From the IMG/VR virus record IMGVR_UViG_3300033068_001989, positions 32,001 to 96,000 of that record: 64,000 nt of DNA; one strand, 5' to 3'. Shown here one piece after another: positions 1-8,950 of this stretch; the first letter of the stretch is position 1; each line of letters starts with the position of its first letter. A model generated the notes under the pieces. That model was not told the DNA's origin, did not search any database, and was given only the letters and a program-made list of their open reading frames with translations. Source of the DNA: a virus (Duplodnaviria > Caudoviricetes). A program made the translations under genes and the position numbers.

Positions 1-868
1 CCATAACAAGAGGACCGAGAAATTGCTGTATAGTTAGATAATCAGCAGTTCCCTTCTTGGTTAATGTTCCTGTTAAACCAAATCTCCACTTAGAGTGCAT
101 ACATTGGGAAACTATCTTTTTTATCGATGTACTATTAGTGTGATGTGCCTCATCTATAAATACGCAATCAACCTCCTCGAAAAAATCAGATTCTCTTTTA
201 ACTAAAGATTGATACGTACCTATTATTATATCACACCCGTCCTTTATTTTACTTCCTCCTCCGATTTGCTGTATCTTAACACCGTCAAGTTTATCAAGTC
301 CATATTCCTCGAAATCATCGTTACCTTGAAATACAAGATTGGAATTAGGAACGATCATAAGTATCTTTCTTACCATTCCTTTAGATTTCAAATAAGCGAA
401 TATCATAAATGATATAAGGGTTTTACCCGAAGAAGTTGCGACTTCAGAAACTGAATACCTATATCTTAATATTTTCCATGCTGTTTCTATCTGATAATCT
501 CTAGGCATTTTTTCAGGATTTCCTCCTATACCTCCAGCGAAAAATTCATTAACCCATTGAGTAAACTCTTCCAATTTGACATCGTCAGTTATGACCCCAT
601 TTAGGCCTTCTATATTAATATCAATTTTATACTTTTCGCCTATATCTAATAACTCTCTCCATAGTCCTATTGGTACTTTCCAGAATCCACCTCTCTTCTC
701 TATAAAACATATAGATCCATCCCAGATTTTTTTCTTAACAAGCGGATGGAAAAAATGGTTATGTATCTTCTGTGTTAAAGAAATCTCAACTTGTTTTTTC
801 TCCACCTCGTCGACTGCTTCTAATAAAAGCATCCACTGCTGGTCATCAGTTACTCTAAATTTTAACAT
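1..868 (-). CDS. uvsW: UvsW-like SF2 DNA helicase (partial, 3' end runs off the window)
   Basis: Not in the ORF track; translated by hand from ATG at 868: MLKFRVTDD...PRDYQ (Q motif)...EVATSSGKT (Walker A)...IVPN...FIDEAHH (Walker B)...RFGLTGT (motif III). N-terminal KKIWDG is typical of T4-like UvsW. Confidence 0.9.
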   Translation of the reverse strand, partial: MLKFRVTDDQQWMLLLEAVDEVEKKQVEISLTQKIHNHFFHPLVKKKIWDGSICFIEKRGGFWKVPIGLWRELLDIGEKYKIDINIEGLNGVITDDVKLEEFTQWVNEFFAGGIGGNPEKMPRDYQIETAWKILRYRYSVSEVATSSGKTLISFMIFAYLKSKGMVRKILMIVPNSNLVFQGNDDFEEYGLDKLDGVKIQQIGGGSKIKDGCDIIIGTYQSLVKRESDFFEEVDCVFIDEAHHTNSTSIKKIVSQCMHSKWRFGLTGTLTKKGTADYLTIQQFLGPLVM

Positions 869-877
869 TATATAATT

Positions 878-1321
878 TTATTTTACAGTGGAACCCCTTA
901 AATAGTCCTCCAGTGATATTCTTTGTCTTACACCATATAACATATGGTCAACAGTTTGTATCGTTTGATCTATAAATTTTCTATGATTCTCAACAAGCTC
1001 CATTTTTTCAGATATCTCAATTAGATCACCTTCAATTAGAAGCATTTTTTCAGTTGCTCCGTATCTGACATTCATTTGCTCAGAATATTCTCTCATCTTT
1101 CTAGCTTTATCTGACTTATATTTAGAATTAAGCTTAGATACTATCCCAGCTAATTTATAGCTATATTCCAAAAGTACCTGTCTATAGCTAAACATATCGA
1201 CTTGCGCTTTGGCTAATGTTTTTATATCCTTCATATTCAGAGAAAGAACCTGTATCTTTTCTTTCCATTCTTCTCTCTCAGTTTCGAAAACTTTCACGAA
1301 ATCAGTTTTTTGTTCAGCCAT
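878..1321 (-). CDS. uvsY: UvsY-like recombination mediator protein
   Basis: 147-aa helical protein directly upstream of uvsW as in T4-like phages; C-terminus (FIDQTIQTVDHMLYGVRQRISLEDYLRG) follows the UvsY pattern. Confidence 0.65.
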   Translation of the reverse strand: MAEQKTDFVKVFETEREEWKEKIQVLSLNMKDIKTLAKAQVDMFSYRQVLLEYSYKLAGIVSKLNSKYKSDKARKMREYSEQMNVRYGATEKMLLIEGDLIEISEKMELVENHRKFIDQTIQTVDHMLYGVRQRISLEDYLRGSTVK

Positions 1322-1322
1322 A

Positions 1323-1568
1323 TTAAAATAATTTTGGTTTGTTTTTTGTACCTCTTTTTTTAGAAAGATCTAGTACTTTAATTTCATTTTTATTCTTTTT
1401 TTCCTCTTTAATCTTCGGCTCATTAATTTTAGGTTCACAAAAATCCAAATTTATATGAAGCTCGTCATCCCCAGAAACAACAATAGGGAATTTTATCTTG
1501 GATTCTTGATTTCTTCCAATTTCCCTTTCCCAATCCTCTATTAAATTTTGTTGGTCAATTTTAGTCAT
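1323..1568 (-). CDS. hypothetical protein (~81 aa)
   Basis: ORF track gives 1323..1616; the likelier start is MTKIDQQ at 1568, overlapping the primase stop (ATGACTAA). Confidence 0.55.
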   Translation of the reverse strand: MTKIDQQNLIEDWEREIGRNQESKIKFPIVVSGDDELHINLDFCEPKINEPKIKEEKKNKNEIKVLDLSKKRGTKNKPKLF

Positions 1569-2625
1569 TGATAAAATATCTGAGGTCAAGTATATCATTT
1601 GTAAAATAATTATCAAGTCTTTTAATTTTCTTCCCAGTTGCTCTTAGATGTATAACAAGATCGTTTAAATCCCATTTTCTATTCTTTGTTATTGAATTAT
1701 CCTCTAAGAATTTACCCCAATTAAAAACAGTTTCACCCTTACTTAATAGATCCATGCTCTTCCCAATCCCAGCTTTATCCCAATCATAAAAATATTTCTT
1801 ATTATCAACATCAAACGGGAATCTATTTTCTAAAGAGCACAACCCAACAGAATTAGGCCAAAAGAAAGAATCCATTGGTCCTTCAAAAATAGTTATATCG
1901 TTAGAGAAATCGAGATTACCTATACCAAAAACATTTGATATCGGATCTACATCCCTGGCTCTTTCAAGAAATTCCTGATCCTTAACGTTAAGTAACTTTT
2001 CATATATCCCACTAAGCTTATATGTCAGATACTTAGAACTACCCTTTATCGATTGCATATTTCTAACCTGAAGACCTATTATTTTCTCGTCAGGAGTTAG
2101 ATTAAATAAAAAAAGTCTTTCTTTTCTCGGATCCCATGCAAACTTCATATCTGGTTTTTGATGTCTTCTTGTTACATATCTATGTATAGAAGATCCAAAA
2201 ACCTCTTGTAATCTGAGCTTCTGCATAAAATCAGATCTAGGTATAAGAAGATCGCTTATGTCATTATCGAAGAAATAGCTTATATCTATTTTACCGATAG
2301 CAGATCTTCTCTTTGTTTTATTTGTATCTATTACGGATCTTAATTCCTCTCTTTCGTCACCGTTGAACTTCCCATAAACTGAGAAATCTTTAAAGAACGA
2401 GATTGAATCCTTATAGATACCACATCCGCCATTATAACATTTATATGCAAGGGTATCCATATAGAAGTTACCTCTTTTTTTCCTAGCGTCATTCGAATCT
2501 CCACAATAAGGGCACGAGAAATTCAAACGATTACCCGCTTTATAAACTATCTGTTTATTGGGATCCCTAGCAAATTCCTTTACTAATATCTCTCTTACTG
2601 TTTTTTCAATTTTTTCTAGTTGCAT
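1561..2625 (-). CDS. DNA primase, T4 gp61-like
   Basis: Zn-ribbon NFSCPYCGDS...KRG...YKCYNGGCG; TOPRIM motifs IFEGPMDS and YDWD; C-terminal KWDLND. Confidence 0.9.
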   Translation of the reverse strand: MQLEKIEKTVREILVKEFARDPNKQIVYKAGNRLNFSCPYCGDSNDARKKRGNFYMDTLAYKCYNGGCGIYKDSISFFKDFSVYGKFNGDEREELRSVIDTNKTKRRSAIGKIDISYFFDNDISDLLIPRSDFMQKLRLQEVFGSSIHRYVTRRHQKPDMKFAWDPRKERLFLFNLTPDEKIIGLQVRNMQSIKGSSKYLTYKLSGIYEKLLNVKDQEFLERARDVDPISNVFGIGNLDFSNDITIFEGPMDSFFWPNSVGLCSLENRFPFDVDNKKYFYDWDKAGIGKSMDLLSKGETVFNWGKFLEDNSITKNRKWDLNDLVIHLRATGKKIKRLDNYFTNDILDLRYFIND

Positions 2626-2631
2626 CTTTAT

Positions 2632-2677
2632 AAAATAAAAAGGGACAACTCTTCTAAGGAGATGTCCCTTTATTTTT
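2632..2677. terminator. intrinsic terminator, probably bidirectional, downstream of the gp32 gene
   Basis: Inverted repeat aaaataaaaagggaca...tgtccctttatttt with an inner ctc(t)t/aggag stem and A/T tracts on both sides. Confidence 0.75.
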
Positions 2678-2682
2678 AATTA

Positions 2683-3669
2683 TTATAGGTCGCTATAAAG
2701 ATCCTCTAATGAATTTGTTGCGCTAGGCGTAATTGGTGCACTTGGAGCACTATTATCATATCCACTAACTTTAGTATTGCTAACTTCATCATAAAGATCG
2801 CTAGAAGCATTACTTGTTTGAGCAGATGGTTGACTTGGTGCTGGTCTAGAAGCTTGTGGAGCTGGTCTAGAAGGAGCTGAAGCAGAACCTCCAAGGATTT
2901 CATTAAGAACTCTTTGCTCGGGTACACTGTTTCTAATTACATTCATAATTTTCTCAGTAAGATCATCGTCCCAATCCTTATAATCAAAACTTGCTAGATT
3001 TTTAGGTCCCTCGTTCAAATACGAAAGTATAACCTCCATATCTTTTTGATTCTTCTCCATTGATTTACCGTTAACTTTGATTGAAGTTTTCTCACCTACG
3101 AAAGAACATAAATCATAGTTATTCCATTCACCAACTTTTCTTACACTTACTGAAAATTCTCTTCCTTCAAAAAGATCAAAAGGATTGCAAGGTGCTCCAT
3201 ATTCAGGCTGTAATTGTGCCTCGATCATGTCATTAAGTTTTTTACCAAACTTAAAGATCATAATTTTTCCCTCCAATTCTGGTCTATTCTTATCCTGTAC
3301 TATCTGAACTAGAGAATAGAAATCCTCTTTTCTTGCAAAGTTTTTAGATAACTCTTGATCAGCAGCAGAATGTGAATTCTTAAGTTTCCAGAATAGATCC
3401 TTTAATACTGATTTTTTACCAACTGTTGAAGGACAATCTGCAGAAAACCCGTCACCACTTACTGGATCTTTTAAATAAACATAATATTTATGGATTTTTG
3501 ATTTTGCTGGATTCTCTGGGTTTGGTAAGAATCTAATTAATGATTTATAAACTCCATCCTTACCATCTTCTGGATATGGTTTATAAAAATCATCCTTGTC
3601 TCCACCTGATGTTGGAACTTTTGTTACGAATGCCTCTGCATCCAAATTGAAAATGTCTAAATTACTCAT
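2683..3669 (-). CDS. single-stranded DNA-binding protein, T4 gp32-like
   Basis: IRFLP, DCPSTVG, IVQDKNRPELEGKIMIFKFGKK, NPFDLFEG and NYD motifs; low-complexity linker and acidic tail LEDLYSDL. Confidence 0.92.
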   Translation of the reverse strand: MSNLDIFNLDAEAFVTKVPTSGGDKDDFYKPYPEDGKDGVYKSLIRFLPNPENPAKSKIHKYYVYLKDPVSGDGFSADCPSTVGKKSVLKDLFWKLKNSHSAADQELSKNFARKEDFYSLVQIVQDKNRPELEGKIMIFKFGKKLNDMIEAQLQPEYGAPCNPFDLFEGREFSVSVRKVGEWNNYDLCSFVGEKTSIKVNGKSMEKNQKDMEVILSYLNEGPKNLASFDYKDWDDDLTEKIMNVIRNSVPEQRVLNEILGGSASAPSRPAPQASRPAPSQPSAQTSNASSDLYDEVSNTKVSGYDNSAPSAPITPSATNSLEDLYSDL

Positions 3670-3721
3670 CTTTCTTAAATTTTTTTAATTTGTTTTTTTA
3701 ATTTGTTTTTTAATTCTTTAA
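3670..3721 (-). promoter_or_regulatory. unstructured A-rich leader with AAUUAAAAAA(A)C repeats; candidate gp32 autogenous translational operator
   Basis: Minus strand reads ttaaagaattaaaaaacaaattaaaaaaacaaattaaaaaaatttaagaaagATG; T4 gene 32 is autoregulated through an unstructured leader with UUAAA repeats. Confidence 0.55.
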
Positions 3722-3750
3722 ATTTTACTTCTGTTTTTACTTTTGTTTCC
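3722..3750 (-). promoter_or_regulatory. putative GGAA-N-GTAnAAT promoter of the gp32 gene
   Basis: GGAAA-N17-GTAAAAT; same 29-nt geometry as the motifs at 36373-36401 and 48219-48247. Confidence 0.5.
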
Positions 3751-3915
3751 TCTAATCTTATAATATTACATTTTTTTTAATTTTTATTGATTTTACTTCA
3801 ATATAGTGCACAAGAATAACACACGAATATATTTATTGTGTGTTACGTTGTGTATGATAAAATTGTGATTGTATGTTCTATGAATTGGCTGGACTCAGAT
3901 AGGGTCACCATAAGA

Positions 3916-4632
3916 TTACGCCAATTTCTTTGTAGTCTTTTTACTTTTCGATTTACCTTTAATAACCTCATTATTTCCTCTTAATTCCTCTTTTAAATAC
4001 AAATTGATCCAAGTTGAATCGACAACATCATCTATTGGCTTATTTATTGCCTTAGCTCCAGTTATCCACTCGTTTTTATTCTCTTCTAATATCTTACAGA
4101 ATATATTTAAGTTTGTTTCATCCTCCCTTAAATTATATAATGCGTGGTATAATTCATCCTTCTTGAATGTTCCCTTACCTGCAAATTTTTTAATAGTTGT
4201 TGGTGAAAACACATAAAAATTTTCACTACCTATTTTTCCTATTATTCTCTCTCTTAAAAGCGCTGTTGCCATAGATATGTCAACAAGCGAATTACCATTT
4301 GATGAAAAACTTAAACCCTCCATTGCTACGTAAAATGGATCATCACCCATAACATCCAATACAGAGCTCCAAAGTAATTCAACTATCTCCAGAAAATAAC
4401 CAATTTTTTCTCTTTCTTTTGCAGAATACTCATTAGAGAATTCCTGCTTTTCCAATATCTTAATAATAAAATTATCATTAGAATCAAGTATAAAATATGG
4501 TTTTTTCTTATTTTTCAATAATGATTCAAATGTTCTATCAGATCTAGAAATTGATCCCCAAACATATCTATTATTTTTCAGACAACAAAAAGAAGGGGAA
4601 TTTAGTGAAAAGTCGATGCCGACTAAATTCAT
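3916..4632 (-). CDS. RuvC-like Holliday junction resolvase / RNase H-fold nuclease
   Basis: Likely start MNLVGIDFSLNSP (ATG at 4632); acidic motifs GID, AMEG and DDVVDS, plus SPTTIKKFAGKG...KDEL. Confidence 0.8.
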   Translation of the reverse strand: MNLVGIDFSLNSPSFCCLKNNRYVWGSISRSDRTFESLLKNKKKPYFILDSNDNFIIKILEKQEFSNEYSAKEREKIGYFLEIVELLWSSVLDVMGDDPFYVAMEGLSFSSNGNSLVDISMATALLRERIIGKIGSENFYVFSPTTIKKFAGKGTFKKDELYHALYNLREDETNLNIFCKILEENKNEWITGAKAINKPIDDVVDSTWINLYLKEELRGNNEVIKGKSKSKKTTKKLA

Positions 4633-4642
4633 ATAATTAATT

Positions 4643-4879
4643 TTACTGGTTAATATCCTGTTTTTGACCAACTACACCGGTTGTTCCATAAACCTTAGCT
4701 AATTTACTAAAGCATGACTTAACCTGATCCTCAGTAAGACAATCTATAATATCATCTAAAACTCTTCTATCGTTACCGCAAGCAGCAATCAATAGATTTT
4801 TCATATGATCCTTTTCGCTATATAGTGGTTGACCATATTTTGCTTCGTTTACCTCTTTTAAATTTGAGAATGTTTTCAT
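4643..4879 (-). CDS. small hypothetical protein, possible head-internal protein
   Basis: 78 aa; N-terminus MKTFSNLKEVNE resembles T4 capsid-targeting sequences; preceded by the GATATATA motif. Confidence 0.6.
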   Translation of the reverse strand: MKTFSNLKEVNEAKYGQPLYSEKDHMKNLLIAACGNDRRVLDDIIDCLTEDQVKSCFSKLAKVYGTTGVVGQKQDINQ

Positions 4880-4899
4880 TTTTAATTTGTTTGTTTAAG

Positions 4900-4907
4900 T
4901 ATATATC
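4900..4907 (-). promoter_or_regulatory. putative late promoter GATATATA
   Basis: Recurrent motif, 20 nt upstream of ATG 4879. Confidence 0.6.
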
Positions 4908-5455
4908 TACTTTGCTTCTAGAACTATATCGATATAGTTACATTTGAACCCAAGAGTAAATGGTGTAAATTGATTTACATTTGAAGCATAGCTAAGCTGT
5001 AATTCAGAATATGAAGTTAATATTGCTCCCTGGAATGTAACTGACATCACAATATTTCCCTCATTGTCCATTATTCTCAACGGAAGATCCTGAAGATGTA
5101 ACTGTGGATTTTCGAAATTCAAAAAATGTAGTATTGTATCTAGCATTATAAAATAGTTTATAAATCCATCAACATTCTTAAAACCAACAGTAAAATCATG
5201 AGAAAATAAATCCTGAACAGGTGTTGAACTTTTATATGATATTTTCTTTCCGAGATTTCTAACTTGCTCAACAGAATCTATATTCATACCAGGGAATCCA
5301 ATAGTTTGGATAGTACTGTTCATGTAATCATTTATATTATCAAACGGTATAGGCTGTTTTTTAATATATGGCATGTATTTATCAACGACAACAGGGGGAA
5401 AGAATCCCCTAGGAAAAACGAAATAAAAACTATTACCTTTTGGATTTAATAACAT
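4907..5455 (-). CDS. tail-tube-fold protein, T4 gp3-like tail completion/terminator
   Basis: IQTIGFPG...FTVGF...INYFI...LRIMDNEGN...VTFQGAILTSYSELQLSY...FTLGFKCNYIDI matches the gp3/gp19 tube-family pattern. Confidence 0.65.
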   Translation of the reverse strand: MLLNPKGNSFYFVFPRGFFPPVVVDKYMPYIKKQPIPFDNINDYMNSTIQTIGFPGMNIDSVEQVRNLGKKISYKSSTPVQDLFSHDFTVGFKNVDGFINYFIMLDTILHFLNFENPQLHLQDLPLRIMDNEGNIVMSVTFQGAILTSYSELQLSYASNVNQFTPFTLGFKCNYIDIVLEAK

Positions 5456-5475
5456 CTTCTAATAAATTTTTTAAA

Positions 5476-7800
5476 TTAAAAACCAAAAATACCTCTTCCT
5501 GCCAACCTTCTTAGTGTTGCAGGTGCTAATATACCCTTACCTGCTTTAATAACATCAGCCTTGGTTATTTTAGGATATTTGATTCTTCCAGGTTTCCCAG
5601 GATTAAGGAAATAGTTGGTTATCGTTTGGTCTGCCCACCCAATAGCTTTATATCCTCTCATTTCAGCACTAAGTGATGCTATCATAGCACTTCCAACCAA
5701 TGTTTGGTTTGTTGATGCAGATGCTGGGGTTCCTATTCCTTTAATTCCTGAACCAGAAGTAGCAGGAAGTATAGATCTTATGGAAGGTATCGGAGAATTT
5801 AGTGGTTCTAAGATATCTCCAGTAGCTCCCGTAGGTCCGATTATTGTTACATTAGTAGATCCGGTAGCTCCCGTAGCAAAATCTTCCTCCCCATTCTTTT
5901 TCCAATATCCCCAATACATAACAGAATTTGAATTATTAACTGGAGTTAATATATTATTATGAGCAGCACTATTAATATAATTATTTGCTCCCTTTATATT
6001 ATTATTTGAATCTCTTCTATCAGAAATGACCGCTTCTATTGTTTTTTCTAATACGTTACTAGTAACTCCACTATTAACATTTACTGTACTTTTATCTGTT
6101 GCTGAAAGAGATGTTTGATTTATAGACACACCATTAGTTATAAAGAATCTTCTGTCGCTTATTTGTAGGATTCTACTTGCAGCGGATTCGTCGATCTTAA
6201 ATGCGATCTCTCCTAATGCTGGACTTGCTATATTATTATCCTTCAGAGATGGTATCTGGATTTTACTTCCACTAAGATCTATAAATGATATATTAAATTC
6301 ACCGGAGCTAGTAAGATCTATTGGTACAGGATCTCCAGAAGGTCCGCTTTTTATAAATTTGAATTTTAAGTATGTGTCAAATGGTGATATAGCTATAGTC
6401 AATTTTCCAGTACCAACAGCGGTAGTGGTAGAAGCACCAGTATCAACTCTTAGCGAATTGTTAGTGAATGTGAGACTGTCCATACTCGCAGTAACATAGT
6501 TCTGATTTATAAAAACATTGGTATATTTCAATATTTCCCTAGGAGCAGGTGAATTACTACTCATGTTTATTGTTGGCTGTGAGTATATTCTATTGTATAT
6601 TTTCTGTACCTGTGGAAACGTGCTTAACTGTATAGGTTTTATTTTTAGACCCCATTCAGATGGATTATTGGATGAATATGATGATATCCTTATAGTTCTA
6701 CTCTGATCTGCGCTATTAATTAGCGTCATCGTATATCTCAAAGTGAAACTTGCAGCAACACCTGCATTTCTAACTATTGGTCTATAATAATTTGGTGAAT
6801 CGTATGCAGTTGTTTGGATTGAATCAAAATTTGATGTTCTTATAAGCGAAGCACCTATCTGTTCAAGTACCTCTATTTGATGACCTATATAATAGGAATT
6901 ACCAAGTGAATTTTGAAACAATATAAAATCCTCAACAAAGCCCTCATTGTCCGTTGCATAGAATTCAAAAAATTCTCCTCTATCAGAGGGTCTTATCGTT
7001 GCACCTATGTTTGAAAATTGGTCTTCTTGTTCAAGAGATAGAGTTGCTATCTTTGACGAATCATATCTAGCATATCCAGCATAATCAACTGTACTTTGAA
7101 CCTGCCATGCAGATATCCTAATTGGAGCATTATAAACAAAACCAAATCCGCTATGACTTATTAATCCAGCTAGTGTCTGTGGTTTAAATACAGACGAAGA
7201 TGCCTGATATTTATTATTCATATCCCTAAGATTAGGTATCTTTATCTCTATGTACTTATCATAAATATTTGAACCTATAGTAACCGGGTTTGGATTTAGA
7301 TTATAGTCGTCATTAGTTCCTTTTTTTATCAGTATTTGCGAAACAGTTACCAATGTTGTATCAACATCCTCATAATCAACTGACATTATTAATCCATCAG
7401 TATTACCAAGATTATAACCTGCTCTTATGTGATATCTAATAGAATCATAAACAACGAGAAGATTCGAAGGAAATGTTATAGGTAAATTGATACTATTTGT
7501 TAATTCGTCCGAATAATCATTAAACGGTATAATAAGATTGGAATCTAGTGTAACGAATGAATTTTCACCAATCTTAACAACGCTATTTTGAGTTGTATTA
7601 TGTGTTATTTGATAGTCATTATTAGGATTGAATATCTGGACTGAACCCGATCTGAACCCATTTATAAGTTTATCATAACCAACAGTAGATGGACCACTGT
7701 TTACGAAATGCGTTTCTGGTTGAGGTTGGTCCGCATACATATACTCCATAAGTAAATATGGAGTTATCTGAACGAACTTAGATGATGTACTAAATGCCAT
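5476..7800 (-). CDS. putative virion structural protein
   Basis: Beta-rich ~774 aa (likely start MAFSTSS at 7800) in the tail cluster; low-complexity GATG/GPTG segment near the C-terminus. Confidence 0.6.
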   Translation of the reverse strand: MAFSTSSKFVQITPYLLMEYMYADQPQPETHFVNSGPSTVGYDKLINGFRSGSVQIFNPNNDYQITHNTTQNSVVKIGENSFVTLDSNLIIPFNDYSDELTNSINLPITFPSNLLVVYDSIRYHIRAGYNLGNTDGLIMSVDYEDVDTTLVTVSQILIKKGTNDDYNLNPNPVTIGSNIYDKYIEIKIPNLRDMNNKYQASSSVFKPQTLAGLISHSGFGFVYNAPIRISAWQVQSTVDYAGYARYDSSKIATLSLEQEDQFSNIGATIRPSDRGEFFEFYATDNEGFVEDFILFQNSLGNSYYIGHQIEVLEQIGASLIRTSNFDSIQTTAYDSPNYYRPIVRNAGVAASFTLRYTMTLINSADQSRTIRISSYSSNNPSEWGLKIKPIQLSTFPQVQKIYNRIYSQPTINMSSNSPAPREILKYTNVFINQNYVTASMDSLTFTNNSLRVDTGASTTTAVGTGKLTIAISPFDTYLKFKFIKSGPSGDPVPIDLTSSGEFNISFIDLSGSKIQIPSLKDNNIASPALGEIAFKIDESAASRILQISDRRFFITNGVSINQTSLSATDKSTVNVNSGVTSNVLEKTIEAVISDRRDSNNNIKGANNYINSAAHNNILTPVNNSNSVMYWGYWKKNGEEDFATGATGSTNVTIIGPTGATGDILEPLNSPIPSIRSILPATSGSGIKGIGTPASASTNQTLVGSAMIASLSAEMRGYKAIGWADQTITNYFLNPGKPGRIKYPKITKADVIKAGKGILAPATLRRLAGRGIFGF

Positions 7801-7808
7801 TTTATTTT

Positions 7809-8657
7809 TTATTTTCCAAATTGAAGCCATTTAGGGGAGTAGCTTATCCCAAATCCTACATAATATCCTGGATATATTCCAGTAGTATTCCCATGAATTC
7901 CATATCCAACCTGAAGTCCGAGACCAAAAGGTTTCCTTGCTGCTTTTAAAGCTGCTCTTGTATCCGGATCGTCAGTAATATCAAAAGAATTAACGTCACT
8001 AAAAGTCAGACCAGGAAATGTAGTACTAACCCTAGTCATAAGTCTCTTAGACTTTGGCTCTCTATAAATACCCGTAACTATATCGATTTTTTGATTAACA
8101 GTCAATTCAGTTTCACCAGGAATTACTTTTCCTATATACTTTGTAGAATCAGAAGGATCCCTATTTATCTCCAATCTATACCCAGTCTTACCTGCTATTT
8201 TAAGCTGATTGTTACCAACCAATTTTGGATCATAAGTAAAAGTTATATATTCATTACCATTTGGATCCTTAACTATAGTAGAAGGTATGGATTTAAAATT
8301 TCCATCATATTGTCCTGTTGTCTGTATAACTATATTAGGCGTCGTACCTCTTCCGTTAGCCTTCAGACCAAGTTGATGTATAAGTTCTTTCTGATCGTCG
8401 CTTAATTCAGCTACAGTGAGCTCATATGCGGACTTCTCAACTATGGTGTGATTAAGATCGCTCTTTATAGTTCTAACAGAATCCTGGGATGCAAGATAAT
8501 TATTATGTTGTCTTTTAGCTTCTGCTTCAGCAGCATCAGCAGCTCCACATTGTTTTAGTAGAAGCATCACAACTATTGCAAGTGCAGCGATAAGAAATAT
8601 TTTGCTACCAACTATATCGGTAACTTTTTTAAAATTTTCTTTAGTAAAATAATTCAT
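7809..8657 (-). CDS. membrane-anchored coiled-coil protein, spanin-like candidate
   Basis: N-terminal hydrophobic helix ending LLLKQC (lipobox-like), then a coiled coil, then a C-terminal amphipathic beta-hairpin FGLGLQVGYG...YVGFGISY. Confidence 0.5.
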   Translation of the reverse strand: MNYFTKENFKKVTDIVGSKIFLIAALAIVVMLLLKQCGAADAAEAEAKRQHNNYLASQDSVRTIKSDLNHTIVEKSAYELTVAELSDDQKELIHQLGLKANGRGTTPNIVIQTTGQYDGNFKSIPSTIVKDPNGNEYITFTYDPKLVGNNQLKIAGKTGYRLEINRDPSDSTKYIGKVIPGETELTVNQKIDIVTGIYREPKSKRLMTRVSTTFPGLTFSDVNSFDITDDPDTRAALKAARKPFGLGLQVGYGIHGNTTGIYPGYYVGFGISYSPKWLQFGK

Positions 8658-8666
8658 CTTATTTTA

Positions 8667-8906
8667 TTATTTTTTCCACGTTAGAGTAAGTGGATCTAAT
8701 GATCCATTACCATATTTTTGAGTCAAATCCTTTATAAAAGATTTCTCTGATTCTCTGCATTTTTCAAGATCACTTATTAATTTCAGAGATCTCTCATTCA
8801 TAATCTTAATAGATTCCTCTATTTTAAAAATTTCCTGATGAACCTTTATAAATTTTTTGGATAGTCTTAATAATCTTTCCTTTTCCTGGTCTGTTAGATC
8901 TTTCAT
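8667..8906 (-). CDS. small coiled-coil hypothetical protein
   Basis: 79 aa with a heptad pattern ending LTQKYGNGSLD; preceded by GATATATA. Confidence 0.65.
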   Translation of the reverse strand: MKDLTDQEKERLLRLSKKFIKVHQEIFKIEESIKIMNERSLKLISDLEKCRESEKSFIKDLTQKYGNGSLDPLTLTWKK

Positions 8907-8921
8907 ATTTTATCGTTTTAT

Positions 8922-8929
8922 TATATATC
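8922..8929 (-). promoter_or_regulatory. putative late promoter GATATATA
   Basis: Motif 15 nt upstream of ATG 8906. Confidence 0.55.
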
Positions 8930-8950
8930 AATTTTTTTATTCAACTATAT

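Noticed and set aside
3670-3915. tRNA or other known RNA gene in the largest intergenic gap
   Set aside because: No cloverleaf or T-loop (GTTCGA) signature; only hairpins and an A-rich leader.
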